Positions 1 to 8,441 of a stretch of DNA of 64,000 nt are shown here, piece after piece. The stretch lies in the NCBI RefSeq assembly GCF_017643165.1, contig NZ_JAEPNY010000003.1; one strand, 5' to 3'. The position numbers and the translations under genes are program-made. Under the pieces are notes generated by a model. It did not search any database and had not been told where the DNA came from. It saw only the letters and a list, made by a program, of their open reading frames with translations. Numbering within the stretch: the first letter of the stretch is position 1; every line of letters starts with the position of its first letter. The DNA comes from Psychroserpens sp. GTDB lineage: Bacteria; Bacteroidota; Bacteroidia; Flavobacteriales; Flavobacteriaceae.

Positions 1-98
1 CTTGTGTTGTAAATGTGTCTTCCAAAAAGGTTTACCGCGCCAACAAATGTTATTCCACATAACACAAGAATTCCAATAATGATGAATGCTTTTTTCAT
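1..98 (-). CDS. Hypothetical protein, N-terminal fragment running off the window edge
   Basis: Minus-strand ATG at 98-96 with an open frame to position 1. It translates to MKKAFIIIGILVLCGITFVGAVNLFGRHIYNT, a hydrophobic signal or TM segment. Product unknown. Confidence 0.3.
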   Translation of the reverse strand, partial: MKKAFIIIGILVLCGITFVGAVNLFGRHIYNT

Positions 99-148
99 TT
101 AGTTAGGTTTATATATCTAACGCATTGAAATTGATTTTCTTATGTCAA

Positions 149-1954
149 TTAATCTTTAACTTTTGAAGCTACGAATGTTCCATTAGGTTGAATGGCCTTA
201 AGCTCTTTTATAGCGCCATTTTCATCTTCAATAAATTCTACTTTAAATCCTTCTAATACTTTAAAATTGAACTTATGTTTCCCTGTTGCTAATAATTCGT
301 ACTCTGGTTGTCCTTCAACAAATAAGTAAAGGACATTTTCATCTTTGATATAGACTTTTATCGTGGTGCCAGCTAAACTGTAGTTACCAACATAGGATTC
401 TAATGTCTCTTTATCTACATCGATTGTATTTGGTGTACGTTTAAAACGCAGAGGATCAACGGTTGGTTCTAGCGTTGCATGTGCCTCAGCAATATCACCC
501 GCTTCATTAGCGTAAAACGTAACTTTTAAGGATTGACCTATAGCTGAAGTGTCGACTTTACCTTCTACAACATCTATGAGCTCAAAAGTATCATAGTGAT
601 AATGATGTAAATACTGGCGATCACCATTTAACTCCGTATAAAGGGTGTCATTTTCGACGATCACATTAAATTCTCCGTATCCAGGGTGACTATACGAACC
701 TGTATAGTCAAGTTTTATATGAGAAGGTCTCGTGTTTTTTACATTTGATTTTTCTGAATCTTCTTTGGCTTCCTCTTGGGCTTTTACAGCTTTGTCAAGA
801 TTTTCTTTATGTTCGGCTGCCCAATCTGTTACATCAACAGCTAACATCCGATCTGCAATTGTGTTTCGAACTAAGCTAGGAACAGCTGATCCATTTTGAT
901 TGGTCAATACGACGATACCAATATTGTCTGTTGGAAAAAATGCAACATTAGCAGAGAACCCATCAATGTTTCCTCCATGTTCCACGCGATAATGACCTTT
1001 ATATGAGGCTAAGAACCATCCATAACCGTAATTCGAAAAATGAACATCCGGATGTTTTTCTCCAGGAACACCTGCTCCAATAATCATTTGAGAACCCATT
1101 GCTTCTTTAATATAATCTTCGGGTATAAGTTGTTCATCATTGAATTTGCCTTTTTGTAACCAAAGGGTAATCCATTTTGTCATATCGTTCACACTACTAT
1201 TGATACTTCCCGCGGGTGACATTCCAGAGATATCATAATAGTCGGTTTTTTCAATCGTTTTATTATCTACTAAATTATAACCGAAAGCCGCGTTGTTATC
1301 GTTTTTCATTCCTTCGATATCTACCTTCGATCGATTCATATCAAGAGGTTTGAAGAATTTTTCTTCAATGTTTTCTTCCCAACTTTTTCCAGTGATTTTT
1401 TCAGTAATTACACCTTGCGCTAGGAACATAAAATTGTTGTAATACCATTGTTGACGCACACCAGTAAATGGTTCTTGATGTTTTACGCGCATCAACAAAC
1501 TGTCTTTGTGTTTGGAAGGGAAAAAGTACCAAGAAGCATCGTGACGCGGCAGACCTGTACTGTGACGCATTAAGTCTTTAATGATAATATTATTATTCAT
1601 ATTATCATTGATAAATTCAAAATCTGGTATATAATCTAGCGGACTATCATCAAAAGATAGTTTTTCTTCACCTCTAAGGATTCCTAAAAGTGAGGATGTA
1701 AATGCTTTGGTTGATGAGCCTATGGCAAATAAGGTATTTGCATCAACAGGTATTTTGTTTTCATAATCTCTATAACCAAATCCCTTAGCATACACGACCT
1801 TGTCTCCTTCAACAACAGCAACGGCAAAGCCTGGAGCTTGTGTAATTTCAAGGATTGAATTCATGGATTTATCGATATTTTTCAATCGTTTGTCATTTTG
1901 AGAAAAAGAAAGTGTGCCTATAAAAAGGAATAGTAATAGCCAGGATGTTTTCAT
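149..1954 (-). CDS. Secreted serine hydrolase, beta-lactamase / PBP-like family, with an extra C-terminal domain
   Basis: N-terminal signal peptide. S-x-x-K motif (GSSTKAF), a YxN-like motif (WYYNNF) and HGG in place of KTG (VEHGGNIDGF), typical of class-C-like esterases and aminopeptidases. About 200 aa of extra C-terminal sequence. Confidence 0.85.
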   Translation of the reverse strand: MKTSWLLLFLFIGTLSFSQNDKRLKNIDKSMNSILEITQAPGFAVAVVEGDKVVYAKGFGYRDYENKIPVDANTLFAIGSSTKAFTSSLLGILRGEEKLSFDDSPLDYIPDFEFINDNMNNNIIIKDLMRHSTGLPRHDASWYFFPSKHKDSLLMRVKHQEPFTGVRQQWYYNNFMFLAQGVITEKITGKSWEENIEEKFFKPLDMNRSKVDIEGMKNDNNAAFGYNLVDNKTIEKTDYYDISGMSPAGSINSSVNDMTKWITLWLQKGKFNDEQLIPEDYIKEAMGSQMIIGAGVPGEKHPDVHFSNYGYGWFLASYKGHYRVEHGGNIDGFSANVAFFPTDNIGIVVLTNQNGSAVPSLVRNTIADRMLAVDVTDWAAEHKENLDKAVKAQEEAKEDSEKSNVKNTRPSHIKLDYTGSYSHPGYGEFNVIVENDTLYTELNGDRQYLHHYHYDTFELIDVVEGKVDTSAIGQSLKVTFYANEAGDIAEAHATLEPTVDPLRFKRTPNTIDVDKETLESYVGNYSLAGTTIKVYIKDENVLYLFVEGQPEYELLATGKHKFNFKVLEGFKVEFIEDENGAIKELKAIQPNGTFVASKVKD

Positions 1955-2152
1955 AATGGTTGGTTTAAATGAATTGATTCAGTTCATTAGTAGTCATTTA
2001 TGGATAGAAGTTACTCATTTTAAACTGAAATTATTAAGATAATTACAATTCATCCATAAAAATTGACGATTTGGTCATTCCCTTTTAGAAATACGCAATT
2101 GCTGATAGATATTTGTCTCATCAATTAAATCGAACAGTTAATTCTAATAATT

Positions 2153-2578
2153 ATGGGAACTTTAGTAAAAATAGTTTTGTTATTCATACTTAGTCAATCA
2201 ATGGTTTTAGCTCAGGAATCAATTACACAAACCATAACGGTAAACATCAATAATCTTGATAATGATAAAGGTGTAGTTTATGTTTCACTATACGATTCTG
2301 AGCATAATTTTTTAAATCAAGGCGTCAGATCGGCTAGTGCAAAAATTGAAAATAACAAATGCAATGTCGTGTTTTCTAATGTACCACAAGGCGTTTATGC
2401 GATTTCATTATATCATGACGAGAATGGTAATAAAAAACTGGATAGTAATTTCTTAGGAATTCCTAAAGAAGATTACGGATGTTCAAATAATGCAAGAGGC
2501 TTTATGGGACCACCAAAATGGAACGATGCCAAATTTGAAGTAAAAAATGAATCTATTGTACAATCTATAACTTTATAA
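2153..2578 (+). CDS. DUF2141-like secreted protein
   Basis: Signal peptide. The motif NFLGIPKEDYGCSNNA and the overall size resemble the DUF2141 family. This assignment is from memory. Confidence 0.65.
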   Translation: MGTLVKIVLLFILSQSMVLAQESITQTITVNINNLDNDKGVVYVSLYDSEHNFLNQGVRSASAKIENNKCNVVFSNVPQGVYAISLYHDENGNKKLDSNFLGIPKEDYGCSNNARGFMGPPKWNDAKFEVKNESIVQSITL

Positions 2579-2582
2579 TATC

Positions 2583-3206
2583 ATGAAACAACTAATCATC
2601 ATCATCATTTTATTTGTATCTGCAGTTGGAACTGCACAAACAAATTTTGAAAAAGGCATGCAAAAAGCCTTCGAATTATGGCAAAATGGCAATGCAGATG
2701 AGGCACAAAATATGTTTGAACGCATCGCTAATGCTGAATCTGAAGAGTGGCTACCTCATTATTACATCGCCCAAATTAATAGTCTTAAGAGCTGGAATGT
2801 AAAAGACGAAGCCGTTCTAAAAGCACAACTTGATAAGGCACAGGAGCACTTAAATTCTGCAATGGCTATTAGTAAGGATAACCCTGAATTAATGGTTATG
2901 CAAGCACAGGTCTTAACCAATTGGGTGGCTTTCGATGGAATGACTTATGGAATGAAATATTCAGCTAAAATTTCTGAATTGTACCGACAAGCCTATGAAT
3001 TGGATCCAAATAATCCTAGAGTTGCATTTGGAAAAGCAGAATGGGGAATGGGAAGTGCTAGATATTTTGGTCAAGACACCACACCATATTGTGAGGAAAT
3101 GGAACGTTCGATAGAACTTTTTACTAACTTTAAACCAGAAAGTGCAATACATCCTGATTGGGGAAAAGAGCGCGCTGAAGAAGTTGTAAAATCTTGTAAA
3201 GAGTAA
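2583..3206 (+). CDS. Secreted helical-repeat (TPR-like) hypothetical protein
   Basis: Signal peptide MKQLIIIIILFVSAVGTAQ. All-helical, Ala/Glu-rich repeats. Lies 4 nt after the previous gene and 3 nt before the kinase. Confidence 0.45.
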   Translation: MKQLIIIIILFVSAVGTAQTNFEKGMQKAFELWQNGNADEAQNMFERIANAESEEWLPHYYIAQINSLKSWNVKDEAVLKAQLDKAQEHLNSAMAISKDNPELMVMQAQVLTNWVAFDGMTYGMKYSAKISELYRQAYELDPNNPRVAFGKAEWGMGSARYFGQDTTPYCEEMERSIELFTNFKPESAIHPDWGKERAEEVVKSCKE

Positions 3207-3209
3207 ATC

Positions 3210-4565
3210 ATGATAAGCAAAGCATTTAAAAATATTGTAGTCACCTTTATCATCGGATGTGCCATATTCGTTGTGGGGAATCTGTTGCAAAATGGTGGAT
3301 TCGAATTCGATTCTGTGACTGATTTTTTAACTGACTTTGCATTTTATCAACTCTATACATTTGTATTAGCATTTATAAATACAACCTTCTTTAATTATAT
3401 GGAGGGACGTCAGTGGAAACAATACGATACAATTAAAAGAATTGTACTCGGAATAGCTGGATCGACAATTCTAACTCTTGCAGGAATCTTTGCCTTAAGA
3501 TTTTGTGTCACGGTATTTTACTACGATGTTCCCTATGAAAAATTCTTAGAGAATGATTCTTGGAGCGGCTATTCATTTGCACTCTGGATAACCCTTACTA
3601 TAGTTTCCATATTTCATATCGCATACTTCTACAACAAGTATCAGAAGAATAAGATTAAAGAACAGAAAGTTATTGCAGGTACAGCTAGTGCCAAGTTTGA
3701 CGCGCTTAAAAACCAACTTGATCCACATTTCTTATTTAATAGTTTGAATGTGTTGACAAGTTTGATCGAGGAAAACCCTAGAAATGCACAACGTTTCACA
3801 ACGTCACTTTCGAAGGTGTATCGCTATGTATTAGAGCAAAAGAATAAAGATTTAGTAACCGTAGATGAAGAGCTAGATTTTGCAAGAACTTATATGTCTT
3901 TGCTAAAAATGAGATTTGAAGATAGTATCATTTTTGAAATACCTGATCGTGCTTCAAATCCTGAAAGTAGAGTTGTTCCTTTATCATTACAATTGCTTTT
4001 GGAAAATGCAGTAAAACATAATATGGTGACGAGTAGTAAACCTTTGCATATTAAAATTTTTGAGCAAAATGGAATGCTAGTCGTAGAGAATAATTTACAG
4101 CCAAAACAAATCGTAAAAAAGAGTAGCGGAGTTGGTTTAGAAAATATCAAACAACGCTACAACTTATTATCAAATAGAAAGGTATCAATCAATCAACAAG
4201 CAAAAAGTTTTGCAGTTGCAATTCCTATGCTTACAAAACAAGTATCAATCATGAAAGCAATCGAACCAAAATCAAAATTTGATGACAGATATGTCAGAGC
4301 ACGTAAACGTGTAGAAGAGTTAAAAGAGTTTTATTATAGCTTATTGTCCTATTTTATTGTGATTCCATTTTTAATTTTTATCTGGTATCGCTATACACCG
4401 CATACCATACAGTGGTTCTGGTTCCCAATGTTAGGTTGGGGTCTCGGATTAGCATTCCATGCCTATAAGGTCTATGTAAATGATGGCATGTTAGGATCTA
4501 ACTGGGAAAAACGTCAGATCGAGAAATACATGCGCGAAGAAGAAGAACAAGAACGATGGAATTAA
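3210..4565 (+). CDS. LytS/YehU-type sensor histidine kinase fused to a C-terminal 2TM module
   Basis: Four or five N-terminal TM helices. His_kinase box LKNQLDPHFLFNSLNVL, N-box LLENAVKHN and G-box GVGLENIKQRY. The last ~95 aa (about 4280-4565) repeat the pattern of the three downstream 2TM proteins. Confidence 0.85.
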   Translation: MISKAFKNIVVTFIIGCAIFVVGNLLQNGGFEFDSVTDFLTDFAFYQLYTFVLAFINTTFFNYMEGRQWKQYDTIKRIVLGIAGSTILTLAGIFALRFCVTVFYYDVPYEKFLENDSWSGYSFALWITLTIVSIFHIAYFYNKYQKNKIKEQKVIAGTASAKFDALKNQLDPHFLFNSLNVLTSLIEENPRNAQRFTTSLSKVYRYVLEQKNKDLVTVDEELDFARTYMSLLKMRFEDSIIFEIPDRASNPESRVVPLSLQLLLENAVKHNMVTSSKPLHIKIFEQNGMLVVENNLQPKQIVKKSSGVGLENIKQRYNLLSNRKVSINQQAKSFAVAIPMLTKQVSIMKAIEPKSKFDDRYVRARKRVEELKEFYYSLLSYFIVIPFLIFIWYRYTPHTIQWFWFPMLGWGLGLAFHAYKVYVNDGMLGSNWEKRQIEKYMREEEEQERWN

Positions 4566-4575
4566 TTCAGGACTG

Positions 4576-4899
4576 ATGAAAATGAATGCTGAAGAACTAA
4601 AATACATAAAGGCCAAATCAAGAGTAGAAAAGCTCAAGTCAATTTATAGACATATCGCAGTTTTTTTAATTACGATTTCTGTGTTGTTTTTATTAATGTC
4701 ATTTTTTCCAGGCTCCAAAGATTCTATGTTCTATTACATATTGAGTTATACTACTGATGTGACTTGGATTGTATGGGGCTTTGTTATTGTCTTGCATGTA
4801 ATTATTGCTTTTGGACTTGATAAGATATTAGGACGCAATTGGGAGGTAGAAAAGATTTCGAAATTCATGGAGAATGAGGATGATTCATCTGTTTACTAA
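4576..4899 (+). CDS. 2TM domain-containing protein, paralogue 1
   Basis: Basic helix YIKAKSRVEKLKSIYRHI, two TM helices, then LGRNWEVEKISKFM and an acidic tail. Same pattern as the kinase C-terminus. Confidence 0.8.
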   Translation: MKMNAEELKYIKAKSRVEKLKSIYRHIAVFLITISVLFLLMSFFPGSKDSMFYYILSYTTDVTWIVWGFVIVLHVIIAFGLDKILGRNWEVEKISKFMENEDDSSVY

Positions 4900-4911
4900 A
4901 AGTAGAACAAA

Positions 4912-5226
4912 ATGAAGGAATTTACAGAAGACTATAAGTATGAAAGGGCGAAATCGAAGATGCAAAATTTAAAAGCCTTTTATATTCATTTTACTGTTTA
5001 TGTAATTGTGAACACTATAATTAGTATTGCCAAGGTTATTAGAAATGTAAATAATGGAGAAACTTTTAATGAAGCCATATTTGATTTTGCGACTATTGGA
5101 TTATGGACAATTTGGGGAGTAGGTATTGCATTTCACGCGTTTTCAGTTTATGGCTTAGATTTCTTTCTCGGCAAAAATTGGGAAACCAAACAATTAGAAA
5201 AATATATGAATCAAGACGACCGTTAA
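4912..5226 (+). CDS. 2TM domain-containing protein, paralogue 2
   Basis: YERAKSKMQNLKAFYIHF, two TM helices with WGVGIAFH, then LGKNWETKQLEKYM. Confidence 0.8.
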   Translation: MKEFTEDYKYERAKSKMQNLKAFYIHFTVYVIVNTIISIAKVIRNVNNGETFNEAIFDFATIGLWTIWGVGIAFHAFSVYGLDFFLGKNWETKQLEKYMNQDDR

Positions 5227-5250
5227 AAATGCGGTTAAAAAAATAATATT

Positions 5251-5598
5251 ATGGAACGTGGAGTAGAACCTTACGGAAGTGAACAAAGACAAAAAGATTT
5301 TGAACGCGAAGACGCCTATTTAAGAGCACAGAAGAAAGTAAAGAGCTTAGTTGGATTCTATTGGCATCTGGCATCTTATGTGATTGTGAATATTTTTATC
5401 ATTCTATTGATCGTTACGAATGGTGGTCGATTTTGGAGTTTTGGAACATTCGCAACAGCATTTTTCTGGGGCATTGGTCTGTTCTTTCATTTTATTGGTG
5501 TTTTCGGTCCTGACTTTTTATTCGGGAAAGACTGGGAACAACGAAAGATCAGAGAATATATGGATAAAGACAAAGACAGCTACAATCGATTTGAATAA
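5251..5598 (+). CDS. 2TM domain-containing protein, paralogue 3
   Basis: YLRAQKKVKSLVGFYWHL, two TM helices with WGIGLFFH, then FGKDWEQRKIREYM. Confidence 0.8.
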   Translation: MERGVEPYGSEQRQKDFEREDAYLRAQKKVKSLVGFYWHLASYVIVNIFIILLIVTNGGRFWSFGTFATAFFWGIGLFFHFIGVFGPDFLFGKDWEQRKIREYMDKDKDSYNRFE

Positions 5599-6068
5599 TG
5601 CTCACAGAAATCATAGATAGTTCGGTTGGATGGTTCCACTTTATCACTGCAATTTTGGCCATGGTATCGGGAACAATTGTACTGCTTAATAAGAAAGGTA
5701 CGACATTTCATAAACGCGTAGGTTATACCTATGTACAATCAATGATTTTTATGAATGTTAGTTCATTTTTCATTATCAATTTTGACGGTTTTAGCATCTT
5801 TCATTTCTTTGCCATTATCAGTTTGCTCAGTATAATTGGTGGTATGCTCCCTACGATTAAAAAGAAAAATAACTGGTTGGCATATCATTTTTACTTTATG
5901 AATTGGTCTGTTGTTGGTCTTTATTGTGCGTTTTGGGCGGAAGTTGGAACGCGATTCGTTAATAATATGAAAGACTTTTGGTGGATGGTCGCTCTAGCGA
6001 CATTTGTTACAGCATTCATTGGAAGTATAATTATAAATAAACAAGCGAAAAAATTAAACTTAAAATAA
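5598..6068 (+). CDS. Polytopic membrane protein (DUF2306-like)
   Basis: Four predicted TM helices. The motif HKRVGYTY after TM1 resembles DUF2306. The start overlaps the previous stop by 1 nt (TAATG). Confidence 0.5.
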   Translation: MLTEIIDSSVGWFHFITAILAMVSGTIVLLNKKGTTFHKRVGYTYVQSMIFMNVSSFFIINFDGFSIFHFFAIISLLSIIGGMLPTIKKKNNWLAYHFYFMNWSVVGLYCAFWAEVGTRFVNNMKDFWWMVALATFVTAFIGSIIINKQAKKLNLK

Positions 6069-6824
6069 ATGAATATCATAATCATAGAAGACGAGAAGCC
6101 TTCGGCAAGACGATTACAACGAATGTTGGCCGAATTACAAATGGAAGCTCAAACATTATTGCATTCGGTTGAAGAATCAATAGAATGGTTTCAAAATAAT
6201 CCGCATCCAGATCTCATATTTTTAGATATTCAATTAAGTGATGGTTTATCGTTCGAAATCTTCGATGCCATTAATATTAAATCGGCTGTAATTTTTACAA
6301 CAGCGTATGACGAATATGCCTTACAAGCATTTAAACTAAATAGTATTGATTATTTATTGAAACCGATTGATGAGGATGAGCTCGAGAGAGCAGTTTCAGA
6401 ATATAAAGATAGACTACCTCAAAATCAGTCGGTCACACTAGATTTTAATGATATTAGAAGGCTTTTAGTCAATCCAATTGAACGCGAATATAAAAAGCGA
6501 TTTTCAGTTAAAGTAGGTCAACATTTAAAGCTTATCAACATAGATGATATTGAATGTTTTTACAGCGAAAATAAAGGGACTTATGCCTTTACAAATGAAG
6601 GTAGAAATTATTTACTCGATACAACATTAGAACAACTAGAAGACGAGTTAGAGCCACATAAATTCTTTAGAATTAGTAGAAAATTCTTTGTAAATATTAA
6701 TGCTATTGATGACATGGTTAGTTATACAAATTCACGACTTCAAATTAAATTGAATACCTATAAAGAACAGGATGTAATAGTGGCTAGAGAACGCGTGAAA
6801 GATTTCAAGAATTGGTTGGCTTAG
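6069..6824 (+). CDS. LytR/AlgR-family response regulator (receiver plus LytTR DNA-binding domain)
   Basis: Receiver domain with IIIEDE and FLDIQLSDG. The C-terminal LytTR pattern includes FFRISRKFFVNINAI. It starts directly after the previous stop. Confidence 0.9.
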   Translation: MNIIIIEDEKPSARRLQRMLAELQMEAQTLLHSVEESIEWFQNNPHPDLIFLDIQLSDGLSFEIFDAINIKSAVIFTTAYDEYALQAFKLNSIDYLLKPIDEDELERAVSEYKDRLPQNQSVTLDFNDIRRLLVNPIEREYKKRFSVKVGQHLKLINIDDIECFYSENKGTYAFTNEGRNYLLDTTLEQLEDELEPHKFFRISRKFFVNINAIDDMVSYTNSRLQIKLNTYKEQDVIVARERVKDFKNWLA

Positions 6825-7261
6825 AATATATCAAAAATATCGCCCAGCGAATCACCTATACCATCGAATAGGTCGTCGGCACCAGATAGAAGACCCGAAA
6901 ATCCAACATCAAAAAACAACTCTAACAGAAGAAGACTTTCCAGATCTTTTAACCAATAGGTGTCAGATTTTTTCTTAGCTTCTTTTTGCCATTCTTTGTA
7001 TTCTTTCTCTACTTTTGGTTCAATTACCATTGGCTTATTCGTGGCTGCAGTTTTAAGCATTTCGTCATAGCGTTGTCTTTTCTTAGGATTTGATAGGACA
7101 TCGAATGCCTCGACGAGTTCATCGAATCGAGCTCTCGCACCCTCCGATTTATTTTTGTCAGGATGATATAGCGCTATCTGAGTTCTAAAAGCTTTTTTAA
7201 TCGTTTCTAGATCGGTATTCTGGTCTACACCCAATAAACTATAATATTGTTTTAATTCCAT
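6821..7261 (-). CDS. J-domain (DnaJ-like) protein with an acidic-hydrophobic C-terminal tail
   Basis: YYSLLGV followed by the HPD motif (ALYHPDKNK). There is no Gly/Phe or zinc-finger region. The tail reads DDLFDGIGDSLGDIFDIF. Confidence 0.85.
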   Translation of the reverse strand: MELKQYYSLLGVDQNTDLETIKKAFRTQIALYHPDKNKSEGARARFDELVEAFDVLSNPKKRQRYDEMLKTAATNKPMVIEPKVEKEYKEWQKEAKKKSDTYWLKDLESLLLLELFFDVGFSGLLSGADDLFDGIGDSLGDIFDIF

Positions 7262-7265
7262 GGGA

Positions 7266-8291
7266 TTACATCGGATTTGAAAGTTTGGATTCTATTTGAG
7301 AAACGAATCTTTGATGATCATCAACAAAGAAGTAAAGTTCTCGATATGTTTTCGCCTTTCCATATAGGAAAGCCAAGCGATGGGGAGATTTTAATCGAAT
7401 TACGATATTGGAATTTTCAAGACTTCCAAGTAACGATATGGTCTTGGTGTTTTTTGAAGATTTATAATCATCTGCATGAGCAATCGCTATAGATTCTATA
7501 GCAGAATAAGAAATACTAGTTTCACTCAGCATTCCAAATCGGAGTACTAATTCGTTTTCTAAAATTTGAATTGGACGTTTTGGGACAGATCTGATTATAC
7601 CAATGAGCTGTAAAGCTGAATAGATACTTAATCCAGTGAGAATCCATGCTAGAGTCGAACTCCATTTACTGGCTAATATATGGATACTAACCATCTCAAT
7701 TGCAACTACAAAAATTACTGCGACCAATGTTGATAAGATACCAGAGCCTTTATAATTTGAAAATTCGTTGGCTTTCAGTTCGACCTTTTTAAAATTAAAA
7801 AAACCATAATAGATCAGCGCAATTTCATTTGCGACTAGTTTGGCAGCAGTCTTTGGAAAAAGAGATGCAGAGGTTTCATTTAAAATGGTAAAGAAATCTT
7901 GACCTTTCTTGGCAGCGGCCTTATAAGATTTAATTGCCTTGGTAACTTTATATATGACTATGCTAATCACGCTGAGTTCCACAATTGGAATCAGCCAGGT
8001 TTTCGCAAGCGATAGCATATCTTGATTTGCTTCAGGAATTGCATACGATGCAATAACGATACAGGCGATGAGAAAAGGCGCTATAGTCAATTTCGAAACA
8101 TTAGTTTTTCTAATCAATAGAAAATAAATGATCGGAATCGTTAAAATAAAATCTATGGTAATAAAGGTTGATAATTGACTTGCATTGGCACTAAATATTT
8201 GAGATTGTAATAAGGCTATTAGGCTCAAAATGAGTAATAAAGGTATGCCAAAAGCGAAAAGGTATGGTCGAATCTGGATCGATTTTGTCAT
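7266..8291 (-). CDS. Polytopic membrane protein with a C-terminal bacterial-PH-like domain
   Basis: About 7 TM helices followed by a ~110 aa soluble domain. The ATG at 8291 (MTKSIQIRPYLF) is preferred over the TTG at 8327 used by the ORF track. Confidence 0.55.
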   Translation of the reverse strand: MTKSIQIRPYLFAFGIPLLLILSLIALLQSQIFSANASQLSTFITIDFILTIPIIYFLLIRKTNVSKLTIAPFLIACIVIASYAIPEANQDMLSLAKTWLIPIVELSVISIVIYKVTKAIKSYKAAAKKGQDFFTILNETSASLFPKTAAKLVANEIALIYYGFFNFKKVELKANEFSNYKGSGILSTLVAVIFVVAIEMVSIHILASKWSSTLAWILTGLSIYSALQLIGIIRSVPKRPIQILENELVLRFGMLSETSISYSAIESIAIAHADDYKSSKNTKTISLLGSLENSNIVIRLKSPHRLAFLYGKAKTYRELYFFVDDHQRFVSQIESKLSNPM

Positions 8292-8441
8292 ATGCCAAGT
8301 ACGTTTAATTTCACCAATTTGACGCAAATTTCGATTATTTGTTACGAAAAACGCCCCTTAAATCTTAAATAATGACCACTTTAGCCTGATTTTTTGCTCT
8401 TCCACTCACATTAACTTAGTTTCAACTCAAAATCAGCTATT

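Noticed and set aside
2614-3290. Three short ORFs from the track (2614-2802 on plus; 2961-3290 and 3071-3265 on minus) overlapping the TPR-like and kinase genes.
   Set aside because: They are embedded in, or antisense to, much longer ORFs with recognisable motifs. Their products are low-complexity and Cys/Phe-rich, typical of shadow frames in AT-rich DNA. The same applies to the other 60-110 aa overlapping ORFs in the track, such as 3890-4150, 5420-5620, 7277-7492, 8490-8735, 12573-12782, 21253-21483, 27421-27744, 46938-47273, 51417-51932 and 60144-60434.
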